Below are positions 18,193 to 28,653 of a stretch of DNA of 64,000 nt, one piece after another. The stretch is from positions 228,733 to 292,732 of the forward strand of contig JBNASD010000001.1 of NCBI GenBank assembly GCA_049720225.1. The letters are read 5' to 3'. How positions within the stretch are numbered: position 1 is the stretch's first letter; every line of letters starts with the position of its first letter. A program made the position numbers and the translations under genes. Below the pieces are notes generated by a model that worked only from the letters and a program-made list of their open reading frames with translations, searched no databases and had not been told where the DNA came from. The stretch is from Microgenomates group bacterium (GTDB lineage: Bacteria; Patescibacteriota; Microgenomatia; PFEM01; JBNASD01).

Positions 18193-19872
18193 TTAAATTT
18201 CAGCGATTTTAAAAGCGGGCTTTCCGTTAGGAAAGTAAATTATTTTAATTATTTTTGCCTCGGGAGGAATTTCTTCTTCTGTTCCTACTATTAAAACATT
18301 TTTTTGTTTTTCCAGTTTTTTCCAATCAATATTTTCAAAATGAAAATTGGCAAAGTGACGTACGGTGGAAAAACCAAATTTATCGCGAGGAGTTAATATC
18401 ACTTCTTTTTGAAATATCTCTGGCGGGTATTGTAAATAAAACAAAAATAAAATATACGGCTGATCATATTTCTCCGTCACATAAATTTTAGAATAATTAT
18501 CTTTAATAGGTTTAAGATATTCTACTAATTCTCTAAACCCATATTCCCATGCTTGAGGAGAAGTTTTAGGATAATGAACAAAATATTGATGAAGAAAGTA
18601 AAAAAAATTCCAAAAAAGTAAAGCGGAAAGAAATAAACAAATAAAGGAATTTAGAAATTTAGATTTAAATAAATTTAATAAATTAAAAAATCCATAAGCA
18701 GAGATTATTATTAAAGGAAAAACCATATTATGAGCTCTTAAAGCGCTCGGTACTTGAAAAGTTAACGCTCCCGCAATTGGTGCAATTAATAACCAAACAA
18801 AAGGAAGAAACCAATTTTTGGGTTTTTTTCTAAAAAAGAAATATATCCCGGCAAATATAAAAATTAAATCCAAAAAATACATTTCTCCTACTGCTGACGA
18901 GTTATTTCTTTCCACCCTATCTCCAATTAGAAAAAGAAAATTTCCATCAAAAAAAGATAAATAATTCTTTAAAAATTGAATTCCATAAATAAATGGTCGA
19001 TTATGAAGAATTCGTGCTAAAAATTCATTGGAGTTTTGATGTTCTCCTCGCAAACTTAAAATCAAACTATAAGGCCCAATATCCGAAAAAAGACTTAATC
19101 CAGAAAATCTTGCGGTTCCTGCAGGACCAAAAAAATCAACTAAAAGAGGAATCGAAATTAAACCCGCAATTATTCCTCCTATTAAAAAATGTTTAAAATT
19201 CTTTTTTAAAAAAATGTGTCTTTTAAAAAAGACAATCAAATTCAAACCTAAAAGGGGAATAATTATTCGAGGGCTATGATAGGTATATAAAGAAAATACC
19301 CAAAACAAAAAGGAAAAAATAAAAAATTTAGGTTCTTTTAAGGCTCTTAAAAAGAAGTAAACTCCAAAAAGAATAAAAGTGCTCGCTATATTTGTCTCCC
19401 ATCCTCCCCTTGAAAAATGAATATGCCAAGGAGAAATTGCTAAAAATAAAGCAGAAATTAAAGCTAATTTTTGATTGCCAAATATTTCTTTTACTAATAA
19501 AAATATTCCTAATATCCCTCCTATTCCTATTAAAGCTGAAGGTAATCTTACTGCCCATTCATTAAGACCTAATATTTTTACAAAAGGTAATACTAAATAA
19601 AAATATCCGCCTGGTTTATAATCGGCAAAAGATTTAAAATGAATTGGCCAAAAATTTCCATGTTCATCTTTACCAGTTAAAATCAAACTATAAGCATTGT
19701 AGCCAATTGCGGCCTCATCGGCATTTAAACCTATAGGAAATTTATCTAATTCCCACAAACGCAGAAATCCCGCTAAAAGAATAATTAAAGTTAAAAAGAT
19801 TTTTTGAAAATCGAAAATTATCCGTCTACTGCGGATCCGACTTTGGCGGAAAAATCGAAAATTTTTCTTCAT
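18193..19872 (-). CDS. GT39/GT83-like (PMT_2/ArnT-like) GT-C membrane glycosyltransferase; tandem copy 1 of 4.
   Basis: The first periplasmic loop is LNADEAAIGYNAYSLILTGKDEHGNFWPIHFKSF (acidic DE motif plus TGKDE). It also has AVRLPSALIG...AISPWHIHFSRGGWETN, more than 10 TM helices and a C-terminal soluble domain. Confidence 0.8.
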   Translation of the reverse strand: MKKNFRFFRQSRIRSRRIIFDFQKIFLTLIILLAGFLRLWELDKFPIGLNADEAAIGYNAYSLILTGKDEHGNFWPIHFKSFADYKPGGYFYLVLPFVKILGLNEWAVRLPSALIGIGGILGIFLLVKEIFGNQKLALISALFLAISPWHIHFSRGGWETNIASTFILFGVYFFLRALKEPKFFIFSFLFWVFSLYTYHSPRIIIPLLGLNLIVFFKRHIFLKKNFKHFLIGGIIAGLISIPLLVDFFGPAGTARFSGLSLFSDIGPYSLILSLRGEHQNSNEFLARILHNRPFIYGIQFLKNYLSFFDGNFLFLIGDRVERNNSSAVGEMYFLDLIFIFAGIYFFFRKKPKNWFLPFVWLLIAPIAGALTFQVPSALRAHNMVFPLIIISAYGFFNLLNLFKSKFLNSFICLFLSALLFWNFFYFLHQYFVHYPKTSPQAWEYGFRELVEYLKPIKDNYSKIYVTEKYDQPYILFLFYLQYPPEIFQKEVILTPRDKFGFSTVRHFANFHFENIDWKKLEKQKNVLIVGTEEEIPPEAKIIKIIYFPNGKPAFKIAEI

Positions 19873-21509
19873 AAAGTTTCTACGATTCTAAAAGCTAATT
19901 TACCATTAAAAAAATTTATTTCTTTTAAAATTCTTGCCTCTTCTTCTCTAATATCTTCTAAAGGAATTTCATAGGTAGCCCCAATATAGAGTCTTTTTTT
20001 TACAAACCTATCTTTAGGCCAATAAATCTCCCTAAAAACAATATTATCAATTCTTTCTACTCTTCCCACATCACCTTCTGGATGTTCAATCAATTTTGCT
20101 TGTTTTTGATAATTTTCCGGTGGGTATTGAGAATAAAAAAGCCAAAAAATATAAGGTTGACCATATTTAGAAGTAAAAACAACTTCTTCATAATCATCTG
20201 TTTTATCCTTAATAAATTCCACTACTTGTTTGTATCCGTAAAGCCAATCTTCAGAATAAGTAAAGGGGAGATGAATAAAAAATTGATCTAAATAAAAAAT
20301 GAAAGAAAAAAACCAACCAAAAATTAAAATTCCTAAAATCCCAACTTTAAAAAAATGAGGAATTTTCTTGACAATTTGAAAAACAAAATAAATTCCTAAA
20401 GCTATCAACAAAGAAAGAGGAATCACTATAAAGTAGGAACGAGTTGCTTGAATAATATCGCGACTTAAAGCGGCGGGTAAAGGAGCAATTGCCAACCAGT
20501 ACCACCAAAATCCTTGTTTTTTAGAATTTTGACTAATCAAATAATAAACTCCCAATGGTAAAAATAAAATTCCCATATGATTTAAAACTCCTACGTAAGG
20601 AACGCTATGACGGTGATTACTCCAATCCCCTTCAAAAAATAAAAATCGTGGAGAAAAATGATTTAAATAACGTTCTAAAATTCCTCGCCCAAAATAAACT
20701 AAATTATTATGAAATAAATTCCAGGATAAATTTTTAAAATTATTTTCTTGCTCTAAAATGAATCTCTTTTCTTCAGGCGGTCGAGGATAAGAAAAAATAC
20801 TCATTACTTTTAGTCTTCCCCCTGCCTTACCAAAAAAGGTAAAATAAAAAACCGGCAAAACTAAAATCCCCATTATTAAAACCCCTAAAGTTATTTTTTT
20901 CCACTCTTTTTTCTTCAGTTTTTCAGGAAAAAATAATATTAACCCTAAAATTAAAAGAGGAGTAATTAATTTAGCGGAATTATAAACATGAAAACACAAA
21001 CCAAAAAACAAACCACTAACCAACCATTTTCTTTTAAGAAAAAAGTAAATTCCTAAAAGCAAAAAAACTAATAAAACGTTAACCTCCCAAGCCCCATGGG
21101 AATAATGATAGTGCCATGGCGAAAAAGCCAAAACTATACTAGTCAAAAGAGAAATCATTTCATTGTTAAAAATCTCTTTTACCACCAAAAAGGCCAGTAA
21201 AATACTTAAAGTGCCAAAAAACGCCGCGGGAAATCTTACCGCAAATTCATTTAAACCAAAAACTGCCTCGGAAATAGCGGTTAAATAAACATAAACTGGT
21301 GTTTTATAATCGCCAAAAGCTTTAAAAATTAGAGGTAAAAAATTTCCATATTCATCTTTTCCTGTTTTTAAAATTGACCAAGCATTATAGCCCCACGAAG
21401 GTTCATCCCAGTGCATTGAAGGAGGTGCACTACCTAATTTAAATATCCTAATTCCCAAGGCAAAAATAATAACTAAAAAAAGAAAAATTTTAATATTTTT
21501 TTCTTTCAC
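19869..21509 (-). CDS. GT39-like GT-C membrane glycosyltransferase; tandem copy 2 of 4.
   Basis: MHWDEPSWGYNAWSILKTGKDEYGNFLPLIFKAF...AVRFPAAFFG...AFSPWHYHYSHGAWEVN is collinear with copy 1. Confidence 0.8.
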   Translation of the reverse strand: MKEKNIKIFLFLVIIFALGIRIFKLGSAPPSMHWDEPSWGYNAWSILKTGKDEYGNFLPLIFKAFGDYKTPVYVYLTAISEAVFGLNEFAVRFPAAFFGTLSILLAFLVVKEIFNNEMISLLTSIVLAFSPWHYHYSHGAWEVNVLLVFLLLGIYFFLKRKWLVSGLFFGLCFHVYNSAKLITPLLILGLILFFPEKLKKKEWKKITLGVLIMGILVLPVFYFTFFGKAGGRLKVMSIFSYPRPPEEKRFILEQENNFKNLSWNLFHNNLVYFGRGILERYLNHFSPRFLFFEGDWSNHRHSVPYVGVLNHMGILFLPLGVYYLISQNSKKQGFWWYWLAIAPLPAALSRDIIQATRSYFIVIPLSLLIALGIYFVFQIVKKIPHFFKVGILGILIFGWFFSFIFYLDQFFIHLPFTYSEDWLYGYKQVVEFIKDKTDDYEEVVFTSKYGQPYIFWLFYSQYPPENYQKQAKLIEHPEGDVGRVERIDNIVFREIYWPKDRFVKKRLYIGATYEIPLEDIREEEARILKEINFFNGKLAFRIVETL

Positions 21510-23134
21510 TTTATTTTTCCAATTAAAAAAGCAGTTTTCCCATCTTGATATTTTATCTCTTCTAAAAGTTCTATTTCAAAATTAATTTCTTGTGGAGAAA
21601 TTGTTATTAACTCACCTGTTTTTAGTTTAATTTTCCTCCAATCATCAATAAACCAATATTTTCCGATTCTATCAACATTTACCCATTTGTCTTCCCTATC
21701 ATAACGAATAACCTCCTTTTCTTCTTGATATAATTTAGGATCATATTTTTGATAAAAAAGATAAAAAATATGAGGTTCACCGTAAAATTTGGTTACCAAA
21801 ATTCGTTCGTAATCTTTTTCCAATAAACTTAATTTTTGATAAAGAGGCTTATATCCTGCTTGCCATGTGGAAGTATGAACTTTCGGGTAAGAAAAAAAAT
21901 AATCAAATAAGAAATTTTTCCAACTAATAAAGGAAAAAAACAATATTCCTCCTAAAAAAACCGTTTTTATTTTTTTATTCCTAATATTTTCCCAAATCAT
22001 TGTTGCTCCTCCCGCATTTAAAAAAGGAATTAGTAATAAAAGAAAAATTGCCCTTACTGGATGGGCAGTTCCAGTAAAGCTATTGGCAATTGGAGAAACT
22101 AAAAGCCACCAAACTAAGAATAAAAATATTTTCCTTTCTTTTTTTAAAAACCAAAAAATTCCTAAAATTATTAACGGTAATTGCCATAAATATGCCATTC
22201 CCCTTTGGGGAACGGTATATTGTGCTAAATTAGGTCCTTTTAAAAATAAAAAATCCAAAGAAAAATGACTAAAATAATTCTTAAAGAAGATTAAAGAATA
22301 AAATACAGGGCGATTATAAAAAAGCCGGCAAAAAAATTCTGGATTCTTTTCTAAACAAATTCCTCTTTTTTCATTAATCTGGGCTAAAATTCCTTGATTG
22401 GTAAAAATTCCTACTTTCGCCAATCTTTCTGGTGTCCCTCTAAATCCGCTTAAAACTAAAGGAAAAGAAAATAAAATCATCAATAATAAAGGGGGGATTA
22501 TTTTTTGCCATTGTCGTGAAATAAAAAAGAAAATCATCCCTCCCAATAATAGAGGGGTAAAAATTCGACAAGCATTATAAGTATATAAAGAAAGAGCAAA
22601 AATCAAGAAAGAAAAATAAAAAAATTTATTATTTTTAATTCCTTTGAAAAAAAATAAGGTTCCCAAAATTAATAAGAAAAAAGCTAAATTAGCTTCAAGC
22701 GCCATCCGACTTGTCTGAATATGCCAAGGTAAAATCGCCAGAAAAAAACCGGTTAAAAAGGGAAAAATTGATGTTTCTTTTATAATTTCTTTTGCCAGAA
22801 AAATTACAATTAATACGCTTAAAACACCAAAAATTACACTCGGCAATCTCACCGCTGTTTCATTTAATCCAAAAATCCCTAGGAATGGAGTAGCGGTATA
22901 AATATAAACCGGCAATTTATACTCCCCAAAAGCTTTAAAGTTTAAAGGCAAAAATATTCCCCATTCATCTTTACCAGTTTTTAAAATTGACCAAGCGTTA
23001 TAACCAATGGAGGCTTCATCGGAAATAAAAGTTGGATGATTGCCTATATCCCAAATTCTTACCCCGAAAGCCAAAATAAAAATTAAAATTAAAAAAATTT
23101 TTTCTTTTTTACTCATTTTCTTTAATATCCGCAC
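21506..23134 (-). CDS. GT39-like GT-C membrane glycosyltransferase; tandem copy 3 of 4. An alternative start is MSKKEK at 23116.
   Basis: FISDEASIGYNAWSILKTGKDEWGIFLPLNFKAF...AVRLPSVIFG...AILPWHIQTSRMALEAN. Confidence 0.8.
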   Translation of the reverse strand: MRILKKMSKKEKIFLILIFILAFGVRIWDIGNHPTFISDEASIGYNAWSILKTGKDEWGIFLPLNFKAFGEYKLPVYIYTATPFLGIFGLNETAVRLPSVIFGVLSVLIVIFLAKEIIKETSIFPFLTGFFLAILPWHIQTSRMALEANLAFFLLILGTLFFFKGIKNNKFFYFSFLIFALSLYTYNACRIFTPLLLGGMIFFFISRQWQKIIPPLLLMILFSFPLVLSGFRGTPERLAKVGIFTNQGILAQINEKRGICLEKNPEFFCRLFYNRPVFYSLIFFKNYFSHFSLDFLFLKGPNLAQYTVPQRGMAYLWQLPLIILGIFWFLKKERKIFLFLVWWLLVSPIANSFTGTAHPVRAIFLLLLIPFLNAGGATMIWENIRNKKIKTVFLGGILFFSFISWKNFLFDYFFSYPKVHTSTWQAGYKPLYQKLSLLEKDYERILVTKFYGEPHIFYLFYQKYDPKLYQEEKEVIRYDREDKWVNVDRIGKYWFIDDWRKIKLKTGELITISPQEINFEIELLEEIKYQDGKTAFLIGKIK

Positions 23135-24836
23135 TGGAAAATATCACGAACGAAATTAACCCATCAGGCGTCTTAATCTCTTTAACAAATCTCACATAAG
23201 GAGATTTTTTGATATCCAAATCAGGAATGGCGAGTTCTGCGGGATTAACAATATATAAAGTTTTTAAATCTCCTTCTCCCCTTTTTACTCTTCCTAAATC
23301 AGGTGAATAAAAATGATACTTTCCCAAAGCATTTACCGTAAGAGTAATTTCTTTTTGGACTTCATAAGGAGAAAATTTTCCATAAAATAAACTATAAACC
23401 GTCGAAGGCTCCCAACTTGGAGAAATATAAATTCTTTCATATTTATTTTCCACCTTATTTACATATTCGAACACTTTTTTATACCCATAATTCCACCACC
23501 GTCCGGAAATTTTTGGATAGTGAACAAAATAATGATGAAAATAATTGAAGCACGAAAGTATAATTACCAAACTTAAAGCTACCCCAAAAATTATTTTGAA
23601 TTTTTTATTTTTTAAATAGTTAAAAAACTCACCAATTCCTAAGGCAGTAAAAATCTGTAACCACGGCAAAAATAAAAACAATCTTAAAGCATGTGTACCT
23701 CCATTTAAAGTCAAAGAAGCAGGAATGGGAGCTAAAACTAACCACCACAAACTAAATTGGAAAAATTTATTTTTTTCTTTTATTGCCTGCCAAAAAGCAA
23801 AAATTAAACCTAATATTAAAAACGGCAATTCCCATAAATACATTTCTCCTCTTCCCCCAATTGAATGGCGAGGATTAGGGTCACCGCTTCCGAATAAAAA
23901 TGAAGGAGAAATTGCTGAAAGATAATTTTTTACAAAATCGTCAAACCAAAAAACCACTTTATTATGTAAAACCCGCTCAAAAATTCCCTGATAATCACAT
24001 TTTTCCCTTGCTAATCTCACTTTTTCTGCTGTTTGGGGATTATTAAATATACTGATTCCTAAAAAGCGCGCTTGACTAGTACCTTTTAAAAAATCTTTTC
24101 CTAATGGTAAAAGAACAATAAATAAAACTATCAAAAAAATCATCAAATTTTTTCTTTCGCTTAAAACTTCTTTTCGCCATAAATAAAATAGGACAACTAA
24201 AATTAACGGTAAAAAAAGTTTAGAAGTATTATAAGCATAAGGAGTTAATCCTAAAAAAATAGCTGAAAGAATAAACAAAAATCTTTTTTTATTTTCTAAA
24301 CCCTTCCAAAAACACAAAATTCCCAAAGGAAATAAAACTGGTAAAAAATTTACCTCCAGTCCTATCCGACTGATATGAAAATGCCAAGGAGAGATTGCTA
24401 ACAAAAATGCACTTAATAAAGCAATATTTTTATTTTTTGTAAATTTTTGAACTAAAAAGAAAACAGCTAAAACACTTAACATTCCTAAAATCACTGCTGG
24501 TAATCTTACTGCCATTTCAGTCAATCCAAAAATTGCTACAAACAAGGTATCCAAATAAATATACAAAGGCACTCGCCAATCCCCTAAAGATTGAAAATGA
24601 ACTGGTAGAAAATTACCAAAATAATCTTTTCCTGTTTTTAAAATCGAATAAGCTTGATAACCAGTATCCACTTCGTCTCCAAATAACCCTGGTGGTATCC
24701 GTGTTACTTCCCAAAAACGCAAAAATCCTGCCACTAAAAAAATTAAAATCAAAAAAAGAAGCTTCACTTCATTTTTATTTTTTTTAAAATTTTTCTCCAT
24801 TTTTGCCCACTCCAGATAATAAAGGTTAAAAGCCAA
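23109..24836 (-). CDS. GT39-like GT-C membrane glycosyltransferase; tandem copy 4 of 4. The start is probably the internal MEKNFKK near 24800.
   Basis: LFGDEVDTGYQAYSILKTGKDYFGNFLPVHFQSL...AVRLPAVILG...AISPWHFHISRIGLEVN. Confidence 0.8.
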   Translation of the reverse strand: MAFNLYYLEWAKMEKNFKKNKNEVKLLFLILIFLVAGFLRFWEVTRIPPGLFGDEVDTGYQAYSILKTGKDYFGNFLPVHFQSLGDWRVPLYIYLDTLFVAIFGLTEMAVRLPAVILGMLSVLAVFFLVQKFTKNKNIALLSAFLLAISPWHFHISRIGLEVNFLPVLFPLGILCFWKGLENKKRFLFILSAIFLGLTPYAYNTSKLFLPLILVVLFYLWRKEVLSERKNLMIFLIVLFIVLLPLGKDFLKGTSQARFLGISIFNNPQTAEKVRLAREKCDYQGIFERVLHNKVVFWFDDFVKNYLSAISPSFLFGSGDPNPRHSIGGRGEMYLWELPFLILGLIFAFWQAIKEKNKFFQFSLWWLVLAPIPASLTLNGGTHALRLFLFLPWLQIFTALGIGEFFNYLKNKKFKIIFGVALSLVIILSCFNYFHHYFVHYPKISGRWWNYGYKKVFEYVNKVENKYERIYISPSWEPSTVYSLFYGKFSPYEVQKEITLTVNALGKYHFYSPDLGRVKRGEGDLKTLYIVNPAELAIPDLDIKKSPYVRFVKEIKTPDGLISFVIFSSADIKENE

Positions 24837-25579
24837 TATTTAATTATTCCATTGTAAATTTTACTACTTTTTACTAACCATTTTCTCGCTTGATCTCCAA
24901 CTTTTTTAGCACTTTGACCATGATGATGTAAAATTTTTACCGTAGGAAGATAATAAATTTTCAATCCTGCCTTTTTAACTCGCCGGCAATAATCTAAATC
25001 TTCAAAATACATAAAATACCTCTCGTCAAATAAACCTATTTTTTTAATTGTTTTTCTAGAAATCAACATCACTGCTCCGGTTACTGCATCCACTTCTAGC
25101 GGTTTTTCCCCTAAAGGCGTATATTTTTCATATGCTCCTTTTTCTCCTAACCAAAATTCTTTAAACGCTCTCCATAAAGAAGGAAAATGATAAACAGAAG
25201 ATTGAATTGAACCATCAGGATTAATTAATTTCGCTCCAATTACTCCAACATCAGGATGAGATTTTGCAAAGCTTAAAAGATTTTTTAAAGAACCGGGTTT
25301 AACTTTAGTATCAGGATTTAAAAGGAGAATATAATCTCCCCTTGCCTTCTTAATTCCTTGATTTACCGCTTTCGCAAATCCTAAATTTTTTTTATTTTCA
25401 ATAACCCTTAACTCTTTAACGCCTAACTTTTTAACTATCTTAACCGAATTATCAGTTGAAGCATTATCAACAATAATAATTTCGTAACTCAATTCATTTT
25501 TATTTTTTAAAATTGATTCAATACATTCTTTAAGCAGTTTTCCAACATTGAAACTAACAATAATTATTGATAAATCCAT
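24764..25579 (-). CDS. Family 2 glycosyltransferase.
   Basis: LSIIIVSFNVGKLLKECIESI...EIIIVDNASTDNSV, LLLNPDT and a DxD-like FEDLDY. Confidence 0.85.
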   Translation of the reverse strand: MDLSIIIVSFNVGKLLKECIESILKNKNELSYEIIIVDNASTDNSVKIVKKLGVKELRVIENKKNLGFAKAVNQGIKKARGDYILLLNPDTKVKPGSLKNLLSFAKSHPDVGVIGAKLINPDGSIQSSVYHFPSLWRAFKEFWLGEKGAYEKYTPLGEKPLEVDAVTGAVMLISRKTIKKIGLFDERYFMYFEDLDYCRRVKKAGLKIYYLPTVKILHHHGQSAKKVGDQARKWLVKSSKIYNGIIKYWLLTFIIWSGQKWRKILKKIKMK

Positions 25580-25586
25580 GGTTTAA

Positions 25587-26456
25587 TTAATTAAAATAAT
25601 TAAAAATTTCTTCATCGCTAACTTTTTTTTCTTTTAACTCCTTAATTCGGCGAGAAAAAATTAAATAAGATTTTTTAACTGCCATTAAAAATGGACACCA
25701 ATATCCTGGTTTAGTTAATAACTTCATTCCCAACCAAAACTTATGCTCAAAAATCATTTTGGGTGAAGTAATATTTTTCCAAATAAATAAGAGACGATTT
25801 CTTTCGGCAATTAAAGAAACATACTTTTTAGAAAATCGACTAATTGTTCCTTCATGTTTATGATAAACCACTGACCGAGGGTCCCAAATAACTTTATACC
25901 CCCTTTTCCATGCCCGATAGGATAAGTCAACATCTTCCCAATAAAAAGGATGATATAGGTTATCCATTCCTCCTAATTTTTCCCAAATATCTTTCCTAAA
26001 AGCGCCACTTCCTCCTGAAGCCCAAAAAGAAATATGAGGTTTTTGAGTTTTTCCTCCCGGTTGATGTTCTATAAATCCTTTCTGCCAAATACCTCTTACC
26101 CAACTCCATTGAGGTTCTCCTAAAGAAACCGCAAAAACTTTTGAATCAGCAAAATCTTCTTCAAGGGGTTTTAAAAAATCTTTTTCTGGAATTACATCGT
26201 TATTTAACAAAATTACAATCTCTCCCCTTGCTTCTTTTACTCCTCGATTAACTGAATAAACAAATCCCAAATTTTTTTCATTTTTAATAATCTTTAATTT
26301 TTTAATTTTTAAATTTTCAATTATCTTAAGCGAATTATCAGTAGATCCATCATCTACAATAATTATTTCATCTGAATTCGCTTTTAGTACATAGGATAGA
26401 TTTTCCCTTAATAGCTTTTCTCCATTCCAATTAGGAATTACAATTGAAAATTTCAT
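25587..26456 (-). CDS. Family 2 glycosyltransferase.
   Basis: FSIVIPNWNGEKLLRENL...IIIVDDGSTDNS and ILLNNDV. Confidence 0.85.
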   Translation of the reverse strand: MKFSIVIPNWNGEKLLRENLSYVLKANSDEIIIVDDGSTDNSLKIIENLKIKKLKIIKNEKNLGFVYSVNRGVKEARGEIVILLNNDVIPEKDFLKPLEEDFADSKVFAVSLGEPQWSWVRGIWQKGFIEHQPGGKTQKPHISFWASGGSGAFRKDIWEKLGGMDNLYHPFYWEDVDLSYRAWKRGYKVIWDPRSVVYHKHEGTISRFSKKYVSLIAERNRLLFIWKNITSPKMIFEHKFWLGMKLLTKPGYWCPFLMAVKKSYLIFSRRIKELKEKKVSDEEIFNYFN

Positions 26457-26510
26457 ATTTTATTAAATTTTACTCAAAAAATAATAATAAATAAAGAAAA
26501 TCTCAAAAAA

Positions 26511-26529
26511 ATTAGATATAATTAAAAAG
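26511..26529 (+). promoter_or_regulatory. -10-like TATAAT hexamer immediately upstream of the start codon of 26530..28524. Candidate leaderless promoter.
   Basis: attagatataattaaaaag ATG, with no GGAGG-like Shine-Dalgarno sequence. It lies in the divergent intergenic region 26457..26529 shared with the minus-strand GT2 operon. Confidence 0.3.
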
Positions 26530-28524
26530 ATGGCTATCTTTTTATCTTTTTTTATTTGTTTAAGTTCGGTTTTCATTTATCTTTTCTCTTATTTTTGGAA
26601 ATTTAATCATTTTTCTATCATTGGTGGATTTTTGTTTGCTTTTTTAATTTCTCTTTTTTATCTTCATTTTTTTAAAAAAAATAAAGAAAAAGAGCCCTTT
26701 ATAATCAAAATTATTTCTTTAAGTCTCTTTTTAATTTTCCTTATGGCAATAGCATTTATATTATCTCCTTTAATCATTCCTGTTAAAGCAGAGGGTTTTA
26801 CCTTCTTAAGATTTCCGGGTATTGGCGACTATAATAAACATCTTTATGTCACTGGAGCAATTTATAATTCAGGAATTCCCCCTCGACACCCTTATTATCC
26901 TTCAGATTATCTTTCTTATTATTTTGGTTACTATATCATCCCTGCAAGTCTAAGTCTTCTATTCAAAATTTCTCCTCAACTGTTTTTATTTTTCTTTATT
27001 ATTTTAACTTCTTTTCTTTCTTTTTCATTAATTAAAAATGTCATCTATATTTGGGTTAAAAACTCATTTTTTAGAATTCTCAGTCTGAGTTTAATAATAA
27101 TTGGTACAGGATTAGATATTATCCCCACTATTATTTTAGAGAAAATCAAATTTGGAAATACTACTCATATTGAATACTGGGCACATCTATTGGGAAACAA
27201 ATTAATGATTACCAATACTTCTACAGCTATCTTGTGGACTCCTCAACATTTTTTTGTAAGTGCATTGACAGTCTATCTAATTAATTATCTTCTAATTAAT
27301 AAAAAAATCCCTTTATTTATTTTTTCCATTTTTATTTCTTTTATTCTTTTTTCTAGCTCTTTTGTCGCTTTTACTTTCTTTTTCTGGATATTTTTAATTT
27401 TAATTTTTGAAAGAAAAGCCAGAAAGGATATTATTTACAGCGGGCTATTTTCTTTCTTTTTGTCTTTTCCTTTTATTCTCTTTATCTTTAAAAATAGAAC
27501 ATATGATATTTTTAATTTTGAATTTCTTGCAAATAATAAGTTACCACTTCCTAAATTTCTTCAAATTTTAAGTTTTTTTATAATTAATTTTCCAATTGAA
27601 TTCGGAATTGTAGGTATTTTAACTTTATTTCTTGGTCTCAAAAAAATTAAAGTTAGTAATAAAAACTATCAAGTGATATTTTTAGGGGTAATTATTCCTT
27701 TAATAATAATAACTTTTATTGTCTCTTCAAACTGGAATGATTTCGGAATGAGAACAATTCTTCCTATACAGTTAGTTATTCCAATTATTTTGTTTTTACT
27801 TTTAGAAAAAATAAAATCTTTAAAAACTAAAAAATTTGCAATTATTTTGATTTTTATTAATATTATAGTTTCTTCAATTGGAACTCTGTGGGAATTTTAT
27901 TGGCGTTGGAAAGAAAGAAAGCTTTTTACTATTGAAGAATCATTATTATATTTAAAACTCCGTCAAGAGGAAAAATCAAAAATTATTTCTACTTTAGATA
28001 ATTCATTTTGGACATCTTACATTCCTGTAATTTCTTTTCATTCTTTATATTCACCTTCTGTCTATGACTCTCGAGTTTATCTAAATAAAAAATTACAAGA
28101 AGAAATTGATGAATTTAATAATTTTTTAGAAAAAACTTTTATTAACCCTTCATTTGGAAAAAGTCCGAATGAAATAATTAACGAAAAAAATAAACTTTTT
28201 CAAGATTTTCCAAATTACATTAAAAAAATTCCTCCATCTTTATTTATTTTAAGAAAACATAATTCATATGTAATAAGAGGATGGCTGAGTACTTATCATG
28301 CTATTTTTGAACAGATATCAACACCCCAGGAATATAGTTTAGATTTCTCTACTTTTAATATTGAACAAGTTAAAGAAAAAATTAATAAATACCAAATTTT
28401 TATCGAACAAAAACCAGTAAAAGAAATTAACCCACAAAAAAATAATAAAATTTTCCTTAAAAGAGAATTATATTTTTTAATTGGCTGCAAAAAAAAGAAG
28501 AAACTCAAAATATTGAAATTTTAA
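26530..28524 (+). CDS. Large polytopic membrane protein of an unassigned family (family X, member 1). Possibly a GT-C glycosyltransferase or polymerase.
   Basis: There are about 14 TM helices. A conserved extracytoplasmic loop reads FPGIGDYNKHLYVTGAIYNSGIPPRHPYYPSDYLSYYFGYY, related to the DG.WH...FPP.NP...AGE.L.NYH loop of 35843..37819 and 37882..39903. It ends in a C-terminal soluble region of about 200 aa. Confidence 0.45.
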   Translation: MAIFLSFFICLSSVFIYLFSYFWKFNHFSIIGGFLFAFLISLFYLHFFKKNKEKEPFIIKIISLSLFLIFLMAIAFILSPLIIPVKAEGFTFLRFPGIGDYNKHLYVTGAIYNSGIPPRHPYYPSDYLSYYFGYYIIPASLSLLFKISPQLFLFFFIILTSFLSFSLIKNVIYIWVKNSFFRILSLSLIIIGTGLDIIPTIILEKIKFGNTTHIEYWAHLLGNKLMITNTSTAILWTPQHFFVSALTVYLINYLLINKKIPLFIFSIFISFILFSSSFVAFTFFFWIFLILIFERKARKDIIYSGLFSFFLSFPFILFIFKNRTYDIFNFEFLANNKLPLPKFLQILSFFIINFPIEFGIVGILTLFLGLKKIKVSNKNYQVIFLGVIIPLIIITFIVSSNWNDFGMRTILPIQLVIPIILFLLLEKIKSLKTKKFAIILIFINIIVSSIGTLWEFYWRWKERKLFTIEESLLYLKLRQEEKSKIISTLDNSFWTSYIPVISFHSLYSPSVYDSRVYLNKKLQEEIDEFNNFLEKTFINPSFGKSPNEIINEKNKLFQDFPNYIKKIPPSLFILRKHNSYVIRGWLSTYHAIFEQISTPQEYSLDFSTFNIEQVKEKINKYQIFIEQKPVKEINPQKNNKIFLKRELYFLIGCKKKKKLKILKF

Positions 28525-28653
28525 ATCGCCCCCTATTTTCTATTCCCCCAAAGGAAAATTGCGCTGGACAATTTTTTTATCCAGAAGAAGATGGAATATA
28601 TGAAATTACAAAAAATCAAATTTTAACAAGTTTTTACGTATTTCCATTAATAA

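Noticed and set aside
28525-28653. Looked for a rho-independent terminator in the convergent gap between 26530..28524 (+) and 28654..29934 (-).
   Set aside because: Only a weak 5-bp stem (CTGGA...TCCAG) with an 11-nt loop and no convincing GC-rich hairpin followed by a T-tract was found. That is too weak to call.
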